A stretch of 64,000 nucleotides of DNA. It comes from Rotaria socialis (Eukaryota). A program made the translations under genes and the position numbers. Below are positions 38,167-50,259 of this stretch, piece after piece. The notes beneath the pieces are model-generated. The model had not been told where the DNA came from. It was given only the letters and a program-made list of their open reading frames with translations, and ran no database searches. Each line of letters opens with the position of its first letter. Position 1 is the first letter of the stretch. The stretch lies in assembly GCA_905331295.1 (NCBI GenBank), contig CAJNYD010000407.1, positions 124,001-188,000 on the forward strand, given 5' to 3'.

Positions 38167-38296
38167 TAAGACAGCAAGCGAAAAATGTTATTGCACAATC
38201 GCAAACATATCCACCTAATAGACGTACATTTCATCATGTGGTCGATTGTTTTTTTCTTCTCTATTCACTTTTAGATTACATACCCACGAAATAGTC

Positions 38297-40479
38297 ATGT
38301 CGAGCAAGACATGTAAATGTGGTGGAACTGAGATCGATACCGATCCAGTGCGAGGTATTGTATGTATGCAATGTGGTGACGTTATTGAAGATATGACGAT
38401 TGCTGGTGACGTTGAAATAATTGAGACAAATGGTGGCGGACGACAAGTTGTAGGACAATATGTATCAAATCATGAGTCCTACAGTACAAGTGGCGGCGGT
38501 ATGATGAATCATACTATTCGAGAATCAAGACAAATAACATTGTATAAAGCTCGTCGTGGTATAACGGACATAGCAAGTAATATGCGTATGAATCATCAAT
38601 GTATTGATAGAGCATTCAATGTAAGTTTGAAGAGAAAATATTCTTTCGGTTTTTGACAGTTAAAATAAACTTTCTGACCTTTTTCATTTCAAAAGATTTA
38701 CAAAATGGCACTTGATCAAGGATTATCTCGTGGAAATAAATCTAGTCATTTACTTGCCTCTTGTTTATATATTATTTGTCGAACAGAAGGTACTCAACAT
38801 ATTTTACTTGATTTCTGTGATCATGTCGATGCGGATATTAGTGTATTGGCACGAATTTATTTACGAATAGCACATGCATTACATCTTAATGTTCCACATA
38901 CAGATCCTTCACTTCTTATACCACGTTATGCAGCTAAACTTGATTTTGGCGATCGAACAAATGCTGTATCGAATACAGCTTTACGTATTGTTCAACGTAT
39001 GAAACGCGATTGGCTTAATATTGGTCGACGTTCATCAGGTCTTTGCGGTTCAGCATTATTATTTGCTGCGCGCATGCATAATTTCAATCGTACCATTCAA
39101 CAAATAGTCGATGTTGTTAAAATATCAAAAGCAACAATAATAAGACGTTTACAAGAATTTGAAACAACACCAACAGCACAATTAAATATGAAAGAATTCA
39201 ATACCATTGAACTAGAAGAAGAACAAGATCCACCGGCTTTTTCTAAAGCTAAACGTATGACAAAACTTGCTCAATATGAAGAATCATTTAATATTGAACA
39301 AATTGAACGTGAAATCATTGATACACAAAAAGAAATCGATGAACAATTAGAAAAGTTATCTAAGCCACGTGGCCAATTAGCAAAGTATGAGATTTTTGTT
39401 GATGCCGAGTCTTTTTCTATGTTATATTTTAAATTTTATTATAGATATGCAAAATATGTTGATTTAGAAAAAAATATTCTCGGCGCTGAAGAAGATGAGT
39501 TAATACAGAAAGTTTTAACAAATAAAACAGCAAAACGAAAACATTCAACTGATGGCGATGATGATATTTTATCAACAACGATGACAACTGAAAAAGAATC
39601 AGCACCTATCGATGAGAATGATATGAAATGGGCTGCTAATTATATTGAAGAACAACAAACACAATTAATTCTTTCGTTATTCGATGATAATGCGGGAAAA
39701 CCAGTGGTTAACAACGATGATGACAATGAAGAACAGGATGAGGAAGATGATTTTAAATCTTTTCGACCGTCTTTACAAACGATGGGTATTGGTAAGTTAT
39801 TGATTAATTATTTATAATAATGATACATTGACCAATTATACAAAAAACAATTTGTTATTTTTTAGAACCAGTAACAGCATCTTTAAATTATCCCAAAGAT
39901 AATCTTAATGCAACAACATCAAATGTACATCATCAACATCAAGTTGTGCTTGATCTTCCTGAATGGCGTCCAACAATAGATCTATCGAATGATGAACTTG
40001 ATTTGACCGGTATCGATGATAATGAAATTGATGAAATGATTCTAACACGTGATGAAACAAAATTGAAATTGAAATCGTGGTTACGTGAAAATAAAGATTG
40101 GTTCTTAGAAGAAAAACGACGTCAACGCAATAAAGAAGCTGCTGAACAAAAGAAAAATGGCTCCAATAGTATGACAGCAGCCCAAAGACGCAAACGTAAG
40201 AAGAAAGCAGCCGCAGCGGCAGCAAGTGAACTAAATAAATTAGCAAATACTGCTACTAGTCATCATCAGTTAGCTGGTTTTAATTCATTGACACCAGCTG
40301 GCTTAGCTGCTGCTGCTCATTTAGCAATTGAAGCTGAGAAAAATTCACAAGATAAACGTTTATCAAGTAAAATAAATTATGATGTATTGAAGAAATTAAC
40401 AATGAAAAAAGATGGAGCAGGACAAACACCATCATCGCCAGCTATGACGAATACCAATGAAGCCGAAAGAACTACTTGA
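38297..40479 (+). CDS. BRF1: TFIIIB subunit BRF1, ~4 coding exons
   Basis: Zn ribbon (CKCGG...VCMQCG), cyclin folds (ASCLYIICRTEGT, MKRDWLNIGRRSSGLCGSALLFAARMHNF, DPPAF), and C-terminal LDLTGIDDNEID and LSSKINYDVLK blocks. Confidence 0.95.
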
Positions 40480-41644
40480 ATTTATTTTATTTTCATCTTT
40501 TTGTTTTATTATTGCTTTTTGTTCTGTTCATTTTTCTAGAAAATAATGATTTCTTTTTGTTCCGTGTACAAAAGTATGATTGTATAAAAATAAAACACTA
40601 AAGAGTATTGATTTGTTATTTCATAGAATTTTGGTTAAAAGAAAAGCTTTAACACTATATATTTTATTAGGATACAACTGAATGCATGAATTATAGCGAC
40701 ATTGTTTTAAATATGTGTTCAATCTATCTAATATATATGCATATAGTTGTAAATTGTTTTTATTAACATTTATAATCAATCTAATAAGTTAGGATATATG
40801 AATAGGTTATTAATTATTGGCATCATTGTCTAATAATCGAATATCAGAAGAGCAGATTACACTTTCAGTTGTGAGACTTTTTAACGTGACTTTATTTGAT
40901 ATTTTCTATCATTCATATCGTACAATTTTTTTCAAACAAAAATCACTCATAATCTATATGATGAAAAACTTTAAACAGTTGAACTAAACGGAGTACTATT
41001 GTTGCGCACGGTTTCTTATGAGTTAGTGAAAATTTTAATCACTCGATAAAATAAAATTTAATAAAAAATGAAAAACACAAGGAAGAAAAACATGTTTATT
41101 TGAGACATTTCGCCAATATCAACTCACACCATAATTTAAAAGAAGAAAATTAACATACATCAATAGCTTATTGTCATATGCTTGAAAATTTGATGTTTTT
41201 TTATACTAGTTTAATCCGTACAAAAATTATTTATTGTCAATAACTGATGTTTGGTTGATGGTATAAAGAAATATAAAAAAATGGCTCTAATAAAAAGCCT
41301 CTGCATTTGTTTTTATCATTTCATCATACTTGAGTATCTATCCATTCTTAGTCGTTTACAGATGGTTCATAATTAACTTGCGGTCTGAATCAATATTATG
41401 AAAATTATTTAAAGCGATGTTCTACTATGAATATGTAAAATTTGCCTATATTTATTAATCTTGAGAAGCAAAATAGTTGAAATAATTGTAATATTTGTCT
41501 TCTTGTTTCAACTTAGTGACATGATGTAATGATGAAATTTCCCTATGAGTCATAATATTGTGTAATTCCTTTCTTCTTCATTGATTACTATAAAAATGAA
41601 AAGAAAACACATGTAGTATTGCATTCTACAAAACGTTTGTCATA

Positions 41645-42607
41645 ATGGTATGTCTTGTTCATGATCGTCAATTTCTTGCTAAATTCCATGCTACTGTCAA
41701 TCAAATACGACTAACAAAAGAATTTACTGTCTCAACATTACAGAAGCTTTCAAAACGATGTTGTTCATGTCCTAATCGTAGAAACAATATGCCATCTTTA
41801 ACAATAGGATTACCGTTAACCTCATTGGATATTAATCAATTAAGATTTATTTGCCTTCAATTAGATTTGGAACAAAATGCTGCTAATTATGTTCGATCAT
41901 TACCATCAAAGATTGTTCATTACACTGTATTATCTTCTCTTACTTTGCTCGACTCAAAAATGGAAGCTATGTTATCAAATCAATTTTCTCTGCAACAATC
42001 TAGTCAATTAGATGCTATAAAGAAAATGCATCATATTTCTCTTGAATTTGTAACATCAACAACATCGAAGGATTTACTAAATGAAATCGCTCATATAAAA
42101 TGTGATCTTGTAGCTAAATGTTCGAATTACTTCCAAGCAATTCGAGCTGTTAATGGTATTTGGATAATTATTTCAATAGAAGACCAATCCCGCGTTGATA
42201 TTGTAAAGCATGTACTTCAGCAACAATGGTTGAGATTCATGCACGATAAACACACTTCATATACTTGGCAAGAAAATGTTCCCTCAAAAATTGATAACAA
42301 TAAATTTTGGAATAAAAATCGATCGACGAATCGGCATCAAAAGCCACATACTAAATGTGCATCACAACTATGTAAACCAGTACAAACCATGTCAATAAGC
42401 GAAGAAGACAGGAATGAATTAGAAAATCCAAGAGATACTAAAATTGAATATTCTAATGGAGAAATATTACTTATCAACAATCCACGATTCAAGTTTCTTA
42501 TCAACCCCTATGAATTTTCGAGCAAACGTAGTCAATCACGTATTCATCGTCGACAACATATATTGACTTCAGCTTTGATTACTTCAATAGCATGCCATGC
42601 AAAATAA
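41645..42607 (+). CDS. Intronless hypothetical protein, 320 aa
   Basis: 963-bp ORF with protein-like composition; no family recognised. Confidence 0.55.
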   Translation: MVCLVHDRQFLAKFHATVNQIRLTKEFTVSTLQKLSKRCCSCPNRRNNMPSLTIGLPLTSLDINQLRFICLQLDLEQNAANYVRSLPSKIVHYTVLSSLTLLDSKMEAMLSNQFSLQQSSQLDAIKKMHHISLEFVTSTTSKDLLNEIAHIKCDLVAKCSNYFQAIRAVNGIWIIISIEDQSRVDIVKHVLQQQWLRFMHDKHTSYTWQENVPSKIDNNKFWNKNRSTNRHQKPHTKCASQLCKPVQTMSISEEDRNELENPRDTKIEYSNGEILLINNPRFKFLINPYEFSSKRSQSRIHRRQHILTSALITSIACHAK

Positions 42608-43460
42608 TTAATCAAGCTAATGCAATCTGTTAGATATAATATGTATATACGAGTGTTAATAATTTACTTATGATTATTATTCACGAAAGTTTCCAATAGT
42701 ATTTGTAAAAAAAAAAATCTCATTAGCAACGAAATTTTTTATTCCCGATGCTAATTATTTATTAATGTTTCTTAGAATAAAATTTTTAAATAAAAAAAAA
42801 TTGAATACCATCAATAGTTGTCTCATTCTATGAGCAGACTACGATAGCCCAGAAAAATATCTAAATACAGTTTGAAATTTTTATGTAATATATTTTGTAT
42901 ATAATATTAATCCTCACTATTCAGCACTTTCAAAGCTAAGCACGAAACATTTTTGAGACTCATTCAATGAATATTTTAATTCATTTTTCAAAAACTGGTT
43001 GCTCGTTTTAGAACTCAATTATAAATAGTTTAAACAAATATTCGATGCCGTTTTTTGCTAGAAGATTGAGAGAACTTTATCCCATGTAATCATATTTAAG
43101 TTTCCAACGCCTTTCTGAGCGTTTAATGCTAGAGTATTTGACGCATTTGTACGGGTCTAAAATACAACATTGAGGGTGTCCAAACGCGTTCAGATTAAAG
43201 AAGCACATCTGCATGTGTTTGAAATATAAGAGCATCACAACTAGTTTATATATATGGGCGCATTTGTATGCATTGACAAAGTTGAGCGCGTCTGAATGCG
43301 TTTACTTTATTGTCAAAAATTTTTTTTAAAATACCTATCAGTCTATGTCGGAGTCGAGCTGACGCATCATTGCAAACTATGATATAGCACCTAAATAGCG
43401 TGAGCAACAAAATGAGGATTTGTCCAACAATAGTTTGAACCAAGATTTGAACACACCGCC

Positions 43461-44962
43461 TAGTGGCGGAGCCAGAGGGGGAGCTTGGGGGAACTGAGCC
43501 CCCTAGGAATTTTTGAGCTCCCTCTAGAAAATCTTTAGCTCCTTAAATTTTTCTAGCTCCAATTAGACTATTAGACTTTTTCAAAGAAAGAATTGCAATG
43601 CACATAGTAAAAGTTACTATAGCCGCTTGTCTGTTTCTAGCGGATTAAGAACTATTATCTACTATTTCTTTTGTTCATATTTCATAAGCAACACTTTTAT
43701 ATCATTGTATGAATATTGATTGTGAATCAGATAGTGGAGCGTATTTATTTTTATCTTCATTCTATTGGATTTCACAGTAAATTAATAAAACGACTTAAAA
43801 TATTGACGATAGAAGACGGGAAAATTCCACTCATGAGATGAAATATTGGTTCTAAGGAAGTATTTTTTTGTAAATATTATAGATTATAGATAAACATGCA
43901 AAATAAAAGCTCTAAACGTAACTCTACACTTGATAGTTTCGTTATATCCAGTAAAGTACCTCGAAATAAACACACTATTCTAAATTTCACTTCGAACACG
44001 TCATCTTCATCATCATCTGCAACTACAATGAATACTATAATCTTTCCGTGTCAATCGGAACACAGTTCAACAGATGTTCTCAGGGCTCATGCCATCAATT
44101 CATCTTTAAATATTCAAGACCTACCACCAAAATCTTCATCAAATCTGTTTCCTGTTGGTGTGAGTCAAAGCGGTCAAGATCCTCCTGCACAACCTCATTT
44201 AGCAACCTATCGAACAGATTAACTATGTATTTTCCAACAATTGACTGTACATTGGTTGAATTAAAAGAACGATTCTCGTGTCAAAACTTGCAAATAGCAA
44301 ACAGCGTCGCCTGTTGATGTCCAATTAGTGAAAAACGTTTTAGAAATGGAAATGTTGGAACCGTTAATTGATCATCTATCATTGAAAAAAATGTGATACA
44401 CAATGAAATTTCGATTATAAAACCCATAATTAAAGATGCTAAATTGACAAGTATATTGAATACAATTAATGAATTAAAGCCAATGAAACAAGCATTTCCC
44501 TCGACTGTGGCTTTGATCAAAGGCGCTGCCACATTTCCCGTGTCATCTGTTGCGTGTGAACGATCGTTTTCAAAAATGAAATTAATTAAAAATTATGCTC
44601 GAAACTCGATGGGTGATGAGAGACTCAGTGGTCTTAGTGTATTGGCTATAGAACGAGATTTCGAAATAGATTTCGAAAAAGTTGTTGATGTATTTGCCAT
44701 GAAACATAAAAATAGTAGAATTGTGTTAATTTAATTAACTTATATGAAATAAATTTCAAATGGATTCTGATCATATGTTGATAGACATATAAAAAAAATA
44801 CATGACAAGAACAAGAAGTGACTCAATAGGAGATTAGGACGCACAGAAATGCATCAAGCTTGAAGGTATTCAAAAGTAGGTTTTACTATTGTAATTATAA
44901 ACAGACTTTCGAAAAAAAGATGGATCAGCTCCCCCTAGACCAAAATACTGGCTCCACCGCTA
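43461..44962 (+). mobile_element. Internally deleted hAT DNA transposon
   Basis: TIRs TAGTGGCGGAGCCAG / CTGGCTCCACCGCTA. 8-bp TSD ACACCGCC / ACACCACC. Contains transposase remnants. Confidence 0.92.
43896..44734 (+). pseudogene. hAT transposase remnant: N-terminal stub joined to the C-terminal dimerisation domain
   Basis: FPVSSVACERSFSKMKLIKNYARNSMGDERLSGLSVLAIE in 44393-44734; catalytic core absent; stops between the pieces. Confidence 0.88.
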
Positions 44963-45118
44963 ACACCACCATCGATTGCAAGTTGAACACAGGTATCCTG
45001 ATCGAACAATACGGTCCGTATCTGATGACCGTATTCAATCACCCAAGAATTGATGTCGATTGAGAACCAAAAGCATAATAAAAGTACTAACTGTTGTTGG
45101 ATTAATTGATGAAGACTT

Positions 45119-45771
45119 CCCAGGATGAACATTACGACGACCTGACACGATCGTAAAAGACCGCATACAGCAACGAATACTACTGTTTTATAACGTTTCC
45201 GGCCTTAAATCGCCGTAAGTTGACGTTTTGGCATACCCAGGTGAACGAATCCGACAATGAATCCTATCGGATCTCATGGGATCGGACAGGCCGACAAAAT
45301 CCGATCAGATTCCTGATCTAGGATCTACTAACAGATTTGACGGAAAAAACAATTTTTTAAATCACCAATGAATAAGCATATGGTGTCAACAGAACACATG
45401 AGTCGATTACTTATGTTGGATTCCGTTAAATTCCGACACTGGAACCTATCGGATTCCAACACTAGGGTTCCGATTGTAGGTCCCAAATCCGGATACCGAT
45501 AGGATTTCGTCGATTTAATGTAATCCATACTATATCCGATAAGATTCCGACACGAATTCGATAGGATCCTACTATCGGAATCATTCTCCTGGGTGCACCG
45601 TATTAAGGCCATATTTCACGGTGTCGTAAACGGTTACTAACGGCATTAATGTGGTTGAATATCTCAGTATCCGACCGTATACGATTATTTTTGGCAAGAT
45701 GCAAAACGACAGTAATACAGTGCGTACCAAACGGCCGTAAATTATGGTCAAACGGCCGTGCACAGCCCAAG
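45119..45771. mobile_element. Older ACGG/CCGT-rich MITE-like element interrupted by the 45234-45595 insertion
   Basis: Starts CCCAGGATGAAC; the same motif-rich composition continues on both sides of the insertion; right end is degenerate. Confidence 0.45.
45234..45595. mobile_element. MITE with YACCCAGG termini and internal ATCCGA/TCGGAT repeats; 2-bp TSD CA (CMC/EnSpm-like, tentative)
   Basis: TACCCAGGTGAACGAATCCGA / TCGGAATCATTCTCCTGGGTG; CA at 45232-33 and 45596-97. Confidence 0.75.
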
Positions 45772-46073
45772 TTAATTGATCTAGGATATTATTATTATCA
45801 CCAAATGATGCATCTTGTTCACGTTTGACTTTTTTATGGTGGATTAGATCGATTAAATACATATTCTTCGACACGAGTACTAATAAAATTTGATCATTTT
45901 GAAATTAAATCATCGAGTTTGATTAATTTGCTAAAGTATTTTACATAAATATAAATCAGAACAACTTGATACTTACGAATTAACTAAATATTCTGATATC
46001 TTCCAGTGCCATCAAAATAAAGGGCGTCACGGCGTCGTTAACGGTGGTAAACGGTGGCAATAAGGTGTAATAA

Positions 46074-47167
46074 CGGATAATAGCGAATTCGTCGCTGGAC
46101 AATTCGTCGTAGACAATTTGTTGTCAGACTATTCGTCCCGAATGTACTGTAATTGATTAGAACTGTGCTATGTCGTTCTGTTAATTGGCTTAACTAAAAC
46201 CGAGTTTAAATTAATGTATCAAATTATAGCTCTGTTATCCATGCTGGCAATGGAGGTGCTTGTACTGTCCGTGAGAAAAACGGGATATTTTCGGATCAAA
46301 TGAAAGCTCTCATAGCCAAACTAACAAAGTTAAAATATTAGCTGCTATCGGTTTGCCTACACTGAGATATTCGATTTTTCAGTGAATTTTCTCTACAGGA
46401 CCGGTTTTCCCAGCAATATCATATTTTCGAATTTGAACCTGAAACTATGTATGCATGAAGGTGTTAAGGAGACTAGCTTATAGAAAAAAGTCAGAAGTTT
46501 TGGAAAAACTCTCTTCGAAACATAGATGTCTCAAGCATACATCTTCTATAGAAAATCGTCTATATTTTGAGAGATTCATATCTCGAAGAGGGTTTGTCCA
46601 AAACGTAGAGAAAATTCACTGAAAAATCGAGTATCTCCCTCTAGCCAAGCCAAAGGGGGCTAATATTTTAACCTTGTTGGTTTGTCAGTGAGAGCTTTCT
46701 TTTGATGTAAAAATATCTAGTCTTTTCAACTTACAGTACAAACACCTCCATTGTGAGCAAAAAAGAAATATTCTATAATAGTATTTTCGAATAATAGAAA
46801 AAAAACAATTATTTTGAAACCTAAGTATAACATTATTCTAGAAAGTAAAGATAGTCACTTGCTTTGAATACTAATATAATTATTTACTACTATTTCACAA
46901 AGAACGAGCATAATCAAGAAATTTTCAAGCGAGAGAGAAAAGTCTGTGCTCGGCAATGAAAGTTACAATTATAATTTAGAACAAAAAGCTTTCGCCAAAA
47001 TGATTTTTTGATGTGACAGTTGAGATTTCAAAGGTGAATTTAACTAAAAGGTAATGATTTTCACTAGACTTCTCTATGAATAAATTTCTTTCTCTACCTC
47101 TCCGTTAATTGTGTTACATCCAATTAACTATGAGACGTATAGTCTGCGACGAATTGTCCAGTTACCG
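46074..47167. mobile_element. Non-autonomous TIR element with CGG...CCG ends and 6-bp TSD TAATAA; superfamily unassigned
   Basis: Left CGGATAA...CTGGACAATTCGTCGTAGAC, right GTCTGCGACGAATTGTCCAGTTACCG. TAATAA at 46068-73 and 47168-73. Confidence 0.8.
46242..46759. mobile_element. Foldback MITE with ~155-bp imperfect TIRs and an inner inverted repeat (~46497-46605), nested in the 46074-47167 element
   Basis: TGCTGGCAATGGAGGTGCTTGTACTGT / ACAGTACAAACACCTCCATTGTGAGCA, and TCGATTTTTCAGTGAATTTTCTCTAC / GTAGAGAAAATTCACTGAAAAATCGA. No clear TSD. Confidence 0.78.
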
Positions 47168-47815
47168 TAATAACGACCGTTTACAATGAAAATACGGCCT
47201 CGTAGCGCATCGTATTTTCTATCGTTTAATGCTGATGCCGACTCGCTGTCTTATGCTCTAGAAGTCTAGATAATATCCTAAAATATTCAAATTCATTCTG
47301 TTTCGACTTTGAAGGAAATACTTTTCATAAAAAAGACTCAAATAAGAAGAAGCAAATTAGATGTACTACAAAAATTTAACTGTTTAAAATCTATACGTTC
47401 ATCTATTTTCCATGATCGTGTAGGAATCACAACATTTCATTTTTGGTTTTAAGCATCATTTTTAGGTAATATGCGGATATTAACATAGAGATGTATGAAA
47501 CTCCCCGTAAGACTTTATCCTCCGTGTATCACATAGGCTAAATTGTAATATCTCTTTGGCGACAATATATTTGCATTCACATTCAGGTAAAGAGAGTTCA
47601 CTATAAAACGACTTACCCGTGCTTCCAGGACGTCATTAGAATAAAATAAGGATTAGGGATGCCAACAGATTAAGTGTATGTTAATATTATTTATAATAAC
47701 ATTAATGATAAAGCTAATGATGTTTTATTCATAAAGATGGTAACTGTCGATGAACATAATGATCAACAACTGAACAGATTAGAGAGAGAGAATGGAAAAC
47801 AAGGCGCCCAACGAC

Positions 47816-49131
47816 TAAAGCCCGTCGAGTTCAAGGATTTTTGGACCCATACCGGGTCAATCAGAATTTTCGAACCTGAACCCGGACTCGGACCCGGCCG
47901 ATTAAAATTGCTAGACTCGGACCCGGCACATCAAAAACTTCTGTATTCATATTAGTGGCGATACTATAACTTTGAAACTACTCCGATGAAATTATTCCAT
48001 TTAAAGTAGCGTATCTCACCTTTTATCTTTGAATTTAAATTTAAAGCTAAAACAAGCATAGCTGATAAACTTTAACTTTCTAAAAAGTCAAAATTTAAAG
48101 TATATTTTTCAGAAAAAAAATTGCAATAAATCTTTCTTTTGTTACAATTTGTTTTTAATGAAAAAAAATAGTTCTAAACAAAAAAATGCTTTGATGAAAA
48201 AATCGATTGGAACTTTAACTCTTTAGGCTGCAAATTTTAAACATGCTTCTTTTACTCGAATGTAAAGTTAAGCTGGCATTCTTAACAAATATCTGATTTA
48301 TTAATCAAAAATAGATCTGAAATGAAAGGTGCTCTTAAGCTTGTAATCAAATTTTGTCGAACTCACATATATTCTCGAAGAAAATGATGAGTGTAAGTTT
48401 AAAAGCGAGGGTTTTACGGATCCTCATTCTCAACGCTCCCCATTACAGAACCCACCCACCATTACAGGTAACCACGATACATTACAAACATTAGTAAGCA
48501 TTCAACAACTCAATACAACATTTTTTTCTACCGATCGATTGTCTTGCAAGTCTTAGTGGAAAAAAGCGAAAAGGAAAATAGCGAAAAAAAAGAAAGCAAA
48601 AATATCCATATATGGCAGTTTTCTGTCTTTCTTTCGCTATTTTCATTTTCGCTCTTTTCCACCAAGTTCGTCTTGCAGTGCATTTCAAACTTTACGTATT
48701 GTGTATTAGTAAAATTAGATGAAAAATCATATGTGAGTTCCACATTTTAGTCCTGAAGGGGCTGCGCTAACAAACTTTTCTAATCGAATTTGATGATCAC
48801 TCCGAACTTACAACATACTTCTTTCCTTTTCTGGTAGACAAGTAGTATATTTTACATATTCTTTCACGTATCTGAAAAAGATTTTTAAACAACTAATTTA
48901 TGACGATTTCTGATTCCTAGCGACTCGCTAGTAGTGTGCAGCGTCGGATGGAATAAGGAATGAATGGATTAAAGTGTGTATATTGTACCTTTTGTTAGAT
49001 AACTTGACCATTAACAATATTTTTTCCCTTCTCACTCAATTTCATGCACAAAACTTTTTCTTGTAATGTAACACAATGAGTAAGAACTATTTCATCTGGA
49101 CTTGGGTCCGGGTAGGACCCGACGTGCTGTA
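47816..49131. mobile_element. Non-autonomous hAT-type element with GACCCG subterminal repeats
   Basis: TAAAGCCCGTCGAG / CCCGACGTGCTGTA termini; 8-bp TSD CCAACGAC / CCAATGAC. Confidence 0.8.
48549..48669. mobile_element. 121-bp palindromic MITE with perfect 8-bp TSD GTCTTGCA (Merlin- or hAT-like), nested in the 47816-49131 element
   Basis: CTTAGTGGAAAAAAGCGAAAAGGAAAATAGCGAAA / TTTCGCTATTTTCATTTTCGCTCTTTTCCACCAAG. TSD at 48541-48 and 48670-77. Confidence 0.85.
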
Positions 49132-49181
49132 CCAATGACCGACAGATCAAAGAGAAAACATCAAAGAGGATTAATACAACT

Positions 49182-50117
49182 CAGTGGCGGATCCACCAGT
49201 TAGGGTACCCGGTCATCGCCACCTCCCTGAGGAGAGAATACCGGCGAAATTTGTTGAAATGTTTCTATGATTCAACGTATGATATAATAGATATTGCAAT
49301 ATGATATTTAATCAAACGATGTCAGCTTTGATCTTGAAAATAAAGTACAGAATATGTAATAAAATAAAGCTCTCTGAGCGAATGACTAATAGCAAGAAGT
49401 AGAATAACAGGATTAATCATAAATATCATCCATTGACAATTGATCAAGTACACTTGAATATTGAAACGTAACCAGCAAAAGCTTATGTGAGCAAAAGACC
49501 TTGACAAAACCTCAATTTTACTAGGATAGCCTAATTGTGTAGCCAGGGATATTGAAAACTTTACGGGAAATATCTGATTTTTTCAATAGAATTTGACCGA
49601 AATATCGAAAGCATGTAATAATGACATGTAAATATTTGGGAATCCCTAATCCACTCTCCCCCGACGACTTTTTGTTTGGGGGAGTCCCCGGGGATTTCTC
49701 TGGGGAGAATTGATGAAATTTTTTAAATAAGAAAAAACTTTTTAATTGCTTTAAATTTTAAAAAATTTAGAAGAATTTATTAGTAATTATATATTTCATC
49801 GGTTGTGGCCAGATAACTACCCGGGGTGTTCCCAGGGATGCCTGCTTTATAGTAACAAATGAATACCATATTCTAGATTGAAATGTATCCTTTTATTACT
49901 AAGTTTTTAAAAAAACCAGTAGTCTCAATTTGCAACAATCACCAGCAAGAAGCAAATGAAAAGGCATCACTTCATAGTGATATACTGTATAAAACGAAAT
50001 AAAGAATTCGAAAGATTAAGCGCACATTTTTAAATACTTCACGAAAATCCATACCAGCTTGTTTGAAAACAATTTAGAAATCGCCACCCCCTCTCGGAAA
50101 TCCTGGATCCACCGCTG
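49182..50117. mobile_element. Non-autonomous hAT element
   Basis: TIRs CAGTGGCGGATCCA / TGGATCCACCGCTG; perfect 8-bp TSD ATACAACT (49174-81, 50118-25). Confidence 0.9.
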
Positions 50118-50259
50118 ATACAACTGATATATCATATTGACAAGTTTAGTGTCAATGAGTATCATCTATTGATGCTAACTAGATGAATAATAAAACATAG
50201 ACTCCAACGTTGATAATTTCTTCTTTCATTAATCATTGTGACAAATGACAACAAGTATA

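Noticed and set aside
43080..43450. AACGCGT/GACGCAT-rich segment with short inverted matches
   Set aside because: Likely a degenerate repeat; ends cannot be defined.
45234..46140. Recurrent ATCCGA and GACAATTCGTCG units as a possible CRISPR-like array
   Set aside because: Irregular spacing, no repeat-spacer periodicity, no cas genes, eukaryotic context; explained as MITE subterminal repeats.
47674..48750. ORFs 47674-47955 and 48491-48750
   Set aside because: They cross TE junctions or translate a palindromic MITE.
49540..49845. CCCC/GGGG-rich segment ending GGGATGCCTG inside the hAT element
   Set aside because: May be another nested element end, but no partner TIR or TSD was found.
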